DNA of 52,413 nucleotides from Alphaproteobacteria bacterium (GTDB lineage Bacteria; Pseudomonadota; Alphaproteobacteria; UBA11073): NCBI GenBank assembly GCA_013289145.1, contig JABDAM010000007.1, positions 1 to 52,413 of the forward strand, read 5' to 3'. Shown piece by piece: positions 47,278 to 52,413 of this stretch (position 1 is its first letter; each line of letters starts with the position of its first letter). The notes under the pieces were generated by a model. It saw only the letters and a program-made list of their open reading frames with translations, ran no database searches and was not told where the DNA came from. The position numbers and the translations under genes were made by a program.

Positions 47278-48402
47278 TCAGGCGGCTTTTACTTGCGCGC
47301 TTTCAATCTCCCGCGCCTTCTCCTCAATCAACCCCACCACATGCTCCACGATATCCGCGTCTTTCAGGCGGTGGGCGGGGATGCCTTTCAAATAGACTTG
47401 GTGCGTTCCCGCGCCGCCGCCTGTAAATCCGATGTCGGTGAGTTTCGCTTCCCCCGGCCCGTTGACGACGCAGCCGATGATGGAGACGCTCATCGGCGTC
47501 GTGATGTGGGCGGTGCGTTCCTCAAGCGCGGCGACGGTTTTGATGACGTCGAATTGCTGGCGCGCGCAGGATGGGCAGGCGATGATATTCACGCCGCGCG
47601 AGCGCAGGCCGAGGGATTTTAACATATCAAAGCCCGCGTAAACTTCTTCCACCGGATCGGCGGAGAGCGAGACGCGGATCGTATCGCCGATGCCGTCCCA
47701 GAGCAGTGTGCCCAGGCCGATGGATGATTTAATCGTGCCGGTGCGCAGGCCGCCGGCCTCGGTGATGCCCAGGTGCAGCGGGTAATCGCATTGCTGCGCG
47801 AGCAGGCGGTAGGACGCGACGGCGAGGAAAACGTCGGAGGCTTTCACGCTGATTTTGAAATTGTGGAAATCTTCGTCTTGCAAATGTTTGGCGTGGCCCA
47901 GCGCGGATTCCACCAGGCCTTCGGGGCAAGGCTCGCCATATTTTTCCTGGATGTATTTTTCGAGGCTGCCGCCGTTCACGCCGATGCGGATGGAGCAATT
48001 GTGGTCCCGCGCGGCCTTCACGATTTCGCGCACGCGGTCCTGGCCGCCGATATTGCCGGGGTTAATGCGCAGGCATGCCGCGCCGCTCTCCGCCGCCTCA
48101 ATACCACGCCGGTAATGGAAATGAATGTCGGCCACGATAGGCACGGGGCTTTCCGCCACAATTTCTTTCAGCGCGCGCGAAGAATTTTCATCGGGGCACG
48201 ACACGCGCACAATATCCGCGCCCGCGACGGCGAGTTTTTGGATTTGTTCAATCGTCGCTTTGACGTCGGTGGTGAGCGTATTCGTCATCGACTGCACCGC
48301 AATCGGCGCGCCGCCGCCGACGGGCACGTTGCCCACCATCACCTGACGCGTCGCGCGGCGGTTGATAGTGCGATAGGGGCGGAGGTCTGTCAGGGCGGAC
48401 AT
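47278..48402 (-). CDS. ispG: HMBPP synthase (GcpE)
   Basis: [45 protein letters not shown]. Confidence 0.98.
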   Translation of the reverse strand: MSALTDLRPYRTINRRATRQVMVGNVPVGGGAPIAVQSMTNTLTTDVKATIEQIQKLAVAGADIVRVSCPDENSSRALKEIVAESPVPIVADIHFHYRRGIEAAESGAACLRINPGNIGGQDRVREIVKAARDHNCSIRIGVNGGSLEKYIQEKYGEPCPEGLVESALGHAKHLQDEDFHNFKISVKASDVFLAVASYRLLAQQCDYPLHLGITEAGGLRTGTIKSSIGLGTLLWDGIGDTIRVSLSADPVEEVYAGFDMLKSLGLRSRGVNIIACPSCARQQFDVIKTVAALEERTAHITTPMSVSIIGCVVNGPGEAKLTDIGFTGGGAGTHQVYLKGIPAHRLKDADIVEHVVGLIEEKAREIESAQVKAA

Positions 48403-48524
48403 GGGGTAGGGATAACAGAAATGATGCGGGAAAGAAAGAATTTTGCAACTAAAAGGATTATTTTATTGACAATGATGTGCGCTTTATGCGATTTTAGCCT
48501 ATAACTCAAACAAACGAGATATAA

Positions 48525-49049
48525 ATGGATACTGTTGTCATATCGGGTTTTCCTTGTGTTGGAAAATCTACTTTAAAAAAACAAAACCGTGATTGGGCGG
48601 ACTCGGATTCCAGCCAGTTTTCATGGAAGAAAAATGCAGCGGGTGAACTTGAATTGGATGGAGATGGCAAGAAAATCCGCAATCCAAATTTTGCTGCCGA
48701 ATATCTTGAGCATATTCAAGGTTTGATGGGGAAAGTTCCTGTTATTTTTGTATCCACGCATAAAGATACGCGTGCGCTACTTATCGAAAATGAAATTCCT
48801 TTTACATTGGTATATCCGGAAAAGGGATTAATTGACGAATATCAGCAAAGATTGCAGAATCGGGGTTCGCCCCAAGGGTTGATTGATATCATCATCGGCA
48901 ATTGGGATAATTTTGTCGGCGAGTGCGAAGCACAAACGGGCTGCCCAAAAATCGTATTAAAGCGAGGGCAATATATGTCTGATGTAATTGGACAGATTGT
49001 TAAGCAAAGCCCGCCTGCACCAAAAGGTGAAAAGTTTACCAACGGTTAA
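48525..49049 (+). CDS. P-loop NTPase/kinase-like ORFan
   Basis: ISGFPCVGKST Walker A; DSDSSQFSW; LVYP. Confidence 0.7.
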   Translation: MDTVVISGFPCVGKSTLKKQNRDWADSDSSQFSWKKNAAGELELDGDGKKIRNPNFAAEYLEHIQGLMGKVPVIFVSTHKDTRALLIENEIPFTLVYPEKGLIDEYQQRLQNRGSPQGLIDIIIGNWDNFVGECEAQTGCPKIVLKRGQYMSDVIGQIVKQSPPAPKGEKFTNG

Positions 49050-49054
49050 TAGCG

Positions 49055-50020
49055 TTATTGAGTTGCATCCGCTTTATTCAACGCGGCCAAACCTTGCGAC
49101 AAACTCTCCGGCGCCAGCGGCACATTCCGCAGCACCGTCCCCGGTGCGCCTTGGGGGGTGACGTTTTGGTTGTCGATATCAAAATTCAGGCCGGATAAAT
49201 TTCCGGTGGTCAGCGTCAAACCCGCGTCGCCCGGCACGCGATAATAATCGCCGGGGCGCATGACGCGGGAGAAGATGATCTGACCGTCGCCGGCGCGGAC
49301 TTGCACCCAGCTGTCCTGGGCGGCGGTGATGGTGACGCGCGTGGGCGTTTCGGAACCATAGGCAATGCCGGTTTGCGGGGGATGTTGCGGCGCGGGCGCG
49401 GCGGCTTCAGGCGTCGCGGCAGGAGCGGCAACCACAACGGGTTGCTGCGGCGAAGTTACCATCACGGTCGCAGGCTGCGCCGGGGTAACAGGAGATTGGA
49501 GCGCGGGCGCTGGGGTTGCTTGTGTTTCTGTTGGGGCGGGCGGCGTCGGCTCCGCGCGCTGGCTGGGGTGGGTGATGCCCCATAAGACAAACAGTACGAA
49601 CAACCCGCCCACAACGCCCGCGATGATTTTGAAATTGGGGACTTGGTTATCCTCAATCGGCTTCGGCATTTCCAGTTCGGGCATGCGCGGGCCGCCGCGG
49701 AATTCGCGCTTGAACTGCGCCGCCACGGCCGCACCGTCCTGGCCCAGATAGTCGGCGTAACTGCGCACGAAGCCTTGCGCGTAAACCAGTTCAGGGAGTT
49801 CCGCCCAATTGGAATCTTCAATTGCCTGCAAATAGATGCGGCGGATTTTTAGGATATCTGCAATTTCTTCGACACTTTGAGGGCGTTCTTCACGTATGAC
49901 TTTAAGAGTTTGGCCTACGGAATTCAGATTGGCGGGCGCTGGCGCACCGGCCGGGCGAACGGCAGGACGGCGGCGCGGTGGAGGCGGGGCGGCGGATTTA
50001 ACCGGTTGCGGCTCTGACAT
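49055..50020 (-). CDS. rodZ: RodZ-like HTH/DUF4115 protein
   Basis: GQTLK..RE, LKIR..YL.AIE, YAQGFVRSYA.YLG, a TM segment, DSWVQV. Confidence 0.85.
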   Translation of the reverse strand: MSEPQPVKSAAPPPPRRRPAVRPAGAPAPANLNSVGQTLKVIREERPQSVEEIADILKIRRIYLQAIEDSNWAELPELVYAQGFVRSYADYLGQDGAAVAAQFKREFRGGPRMPELEMPKPIEDNQVPNFKIIAGVVGGLFVLFVLWGITHPSQRAEPTPPAPTETQATPAPALQSPVTPAQPATVMVTSPQQPVVVAAPAATPEAAAPAPQHPPQTGIAYGSETPTRVTITAAQDSWVQVRAGDGQIIFSRVMRPGDYYRVPGDAGLTLTTGNLSGLNFDIDNQNVTPQGAPGTVLRNVPLAPESLSQGLAALNKADATQ

Positions 50021-50036
50021 TCCAAAACTCCTGTTG

Positions 50037-52367
50037 CTACCCCACCAGCGGCGGGGGCATCTGGGGCAAAAGACCGAGTTCAATCGCGTGATCCCTGGCA
50101 AAAGCCCGCAGAGCCGCACGGTAGTCCTGAATGGGCGAAATGTCCAGAATTTGATGCATAAAATCCTTAATTTCCGCCACCGACAGGCTGGCGATCAGGC
50201 TTTTGATCGCGCCCACCGCCGGGGCCGACATGGAAAGCGAAGTAATGCCCAGGCCGATCAGCGCAATCGCCTCCAGCGGCCTGCTGCCCATTTCGCCGCA
50301 CAGTGACAGCGGCACATCGGCGGCCGCGCAGGCGCGCACGATCTCGCGCAGCATTTTTAAAAATCCGTGGCACAGCGGATCGAACACGCCTTGCAAATGC
50401 GACGAACCGCGATCGACGCCGTAGGTATATTGAAACAGATCATTGGAACCAATGGAAACAAAATCCACCTCCGCCAGCAATTCATCCATCTGCCACATCA
50501 GCGACGGCACCTCCAGCATCACGCCGAGTTTCAGGCTGTGCGGCATGGGAATGCCCAGGCGCATGGAATTTTCACATTCCATATCCAGAATGCGGCGCGC
50601 GGATTGGACTTCGCCCACCGCCGCAACCATCGGCAACATGATATTCAGCGCGCGGCCATTCGCCGCCATCAAGAGCGCGCGGAATTGATGCCGCAATAAC
50701 GACGGCCGATCCAGGCCGACGCGAATACCGCGCCAGCCCAGCGCGGGATTATCCTCCGGCAAGTGCGGCATATAGGGTAGCTTTTTATCCGAACCGATAT
50801 CCAGCGTGCGGAACACCACAGGGCGGTTGCCGCATTCCATCATCACGCGCGCATAGATTTGCGATTGCTCATGCACGGACGGATAGCGGCCCAGCGCCAT
50901 AAAGGGCACCTCGGTGCGGTACAGGCCGATGCCGTCGGCATCGATCGCTTTCAGGTCCGGCAAACTGCTCAGCAGCCCCGCATTAATATGCAAATGAATC
51001 TGCACGCCGTCGCGCGAGATCGCGGGGCCGCGCACGGCAGGAACCATCTGCGCCGCCGCTTTGGCGTGCTTGCGCTGTTCATATTGCTCGACCAATTCGG
51101 ACGGCGGTTCAATATAGAGTTGCGCGCGGTCGGCGTCGATGATGACGATGTCGCCGTCTTCGGCCCGCGTCAGTAGATTTTTGCATTGCCCGATGACAGG
51201 AATGCCGACGGCGCGCGCCATAATCGTAATATGCGATGACGGCGATCCGGCCTCCAGCGCGATGCCGCGCACGGAGGACATATCATAACTCAATAACTCC
51301 GCCGCGCTGATATCCTGCGCGATTAAAATCATATCTTCGGCAGGCAGATGTGTGGCGATCGCTTCGTCGCCGAGCAGAATGTGGAGCAGGCGCTGCGAGA
51401 CATCGATAAAATCCTGCGTGCGTTCTTTCAAATACAAGTCCGTCGCGCGTGACAGGCGTGCGACGGTATCATCCTGGATTGCCTGGACGGCGGCTTCGGC
51501 GGTCAGGCCCTGGTCGATGCGGTCCTGGATTTTTTTCAGCCAGCCGCGGTCGACGGTGAAAAGTCGGTAGGTTTCCAGAATATCGCGCGACGTGGAATCT
51601 TCCGCCGTGCCCGACAGCAATTCATCAAAGTTGCTTTGCAAGCGGTTAAGCGCGGTATTAAACCGCGCATGCTCCGCCGCCGCGTTTTCCGCAACGAAGT
51701 TTTGCACGATGGCTTTGCGCACCAATCGCACTACGCGGCCGATCGCCACGCCGTGGTTAAAACAGATGCCGGGAATCCGCAAAGGCTCCAGGCTCGCGGA
51801 ACCGGCGGCAATGGTTTCATCGCGGCTGACCAGCGCCGTGCTCGCCACCAGTTCCGTCACCAGCATCGCAATGGTGGCCAGGATATCCACCAGCTCCGGC
51901 GTGAATTCCTGTGTGCGGCGCGATTGCACCACCAATACGCCGCGCGTTTTCTGATCGCGCAATAACGGCACGCCGCAGAAACCGTGATAAGGCTCCTCGC
52001 CTGTTTCAGGACGGAAAGCGAAACGCGGATCGTTTGGCGCGTCTTTGATATTTAACGGCCGCTGCGTCGCCGCGACTTCGCCCACCAGGCCTTCGCCGAC
52101 ATATAGGCGCGTGACGTGAACGGCTTCGGCTTTCAGGCCATGCGTGGCGAATAATTCCAGTACGTCGCCCGCGCGCATGATGTAAATGGAACAGACGTCC
52201 GCGCGCAATTCATTCGCCACCAGGTCCACGATGCGTTGCAATTTTTGATCGACGTCCAGCGCGCCCGCCATGATATCGCGCAAGTGCGGCAGCAGCCGCG
52301 TAATCACACGCATCAGCGACGTGGGACCGAGCTTCCAATCTGTGATTTTTTGAATGGCGCCTAACAC
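50037..52367 (-). CDS. ptsP: PEP-protein phosphotransferase EI-Ntr with GAF domain
   Basis: GAF (LFATHGL, VGEGLVG), SH..I.AR, GIGLYRTE, FRTLDIG.DK, SIGSNDL, CGEM. Confidence 0.95.
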   Translation of the reverse strand: MLGAIQKITDWKLGPTSLMRVITRLLPHLRDIMAGALDVDQKLQRIVDLVANELRADVCSIYIMRAGDVLELFATHGLKAEAVHVTRLYVGEGLVGEVAATQRPLNIKDAPNDPRFAFRPETGEEPYHGFCGVPLLRDQKTRGVLVVQSRRTQEFTPELVDILATIAMLVTELVASTALVSRDETIAAGSASLEPLRIPGICFNHGVAIGRVVRLVRKAIVQNFVAENAAAEHARFNTALNRLQSNFDELLSGTAEDSTSRDILETYRLFTVDRGWLKKIQDRIDQGLTAEAAVQAIQDDTVARLSRATDLYLKERTQDFIDVSQRLLHILLGDEAIATHLPAEDMILIAQDISAAELLSYDMSSVRGIALEAGSPSSHITIMARAVGIPVIGQCKNLLTRAEDGDIVIIDADRAQLYIEPPSELVEQYEQRKHAKAAAQMVPAVRGPAISRDGVQIHLHINAGLLSSLPDLKAIDADGIGLYRTEVPFMALGRYPSVHEQSQIYARVMMECGNRPVVFRTLDIGSDKKLPYMPHLPEDNPALGWRGIRVGLDRPSLLRHQFRALLMAANGRALNIMLPMVAAVGEVQSARRILDMECENSMRLGIPMPHSLKLGVMLEVPSLMWQMDELLAEVDFVSIGSNDLFQYTYGVDRGSSHLQGVFDPLCHGFLKMLREIVRACAAADVPLSLCGEMGSRPLEAIALIGLGITSLSMSAPAVGAIKSLIASLSVAEIKDFMHQILDISPIQDYRAALRAFARDHAIELGLLPQMPPPLVG

Positions 52368-52413
52368 GCCGCGGGAATAGCATGGCAGCGTGTGCTCCGG
52401 AAGTGTGTGAATC

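Overview
This is a 52.4 kb chromosomal window from an alphaproteobacterium, judged from ChpT, a DUF2336 protein, a CtrA box, and the ptsP-rodZ-ispG and dnaB-mlaEF-radA-cvpA-purF gene orders. The GC-rich backbone carries ftsY, amn, rpsD, rarA, nadK, pyrC, chpT, mgtC, rplS-trmD-rimM-rpsP-ffh, crcB, a small polysaccharide cluster, purF-cvpA-radA-mlaFE-dnaB, gpt, an AsmA-family gene, prfA, ispG, rodZ, ptsP and two tRNAs. About 20 visibly more AT-rich, self-promoted ORFans interrupt this backbone. Main findings: (1) at least seven dispersed ORFans share a 16-bp box (GAAAGTAWWAAATTTY) placed exactly against their -35 hexamer, and many ORFans end in similar G/P-rich, hydrophobic tails, which suggests a co-regulated and possibly secreted repertoire; (2) one ORFan lies between two copies of a 29-bp direct repeat from the ispG 3' end, with ispG given a replacement C-terminus, which looks like an integrase-free cassette insertion; (3) three different short repeat families contribute translated peptides to RarA, PyrC and RadA; (4) AMP nucleosidase has an N-terminal HTH-like extension and a palindrome over its promoter. 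I saw no integrase, transposase, CRISPR array or rRNA. All calls come from reading the sequence; no database searches were run.
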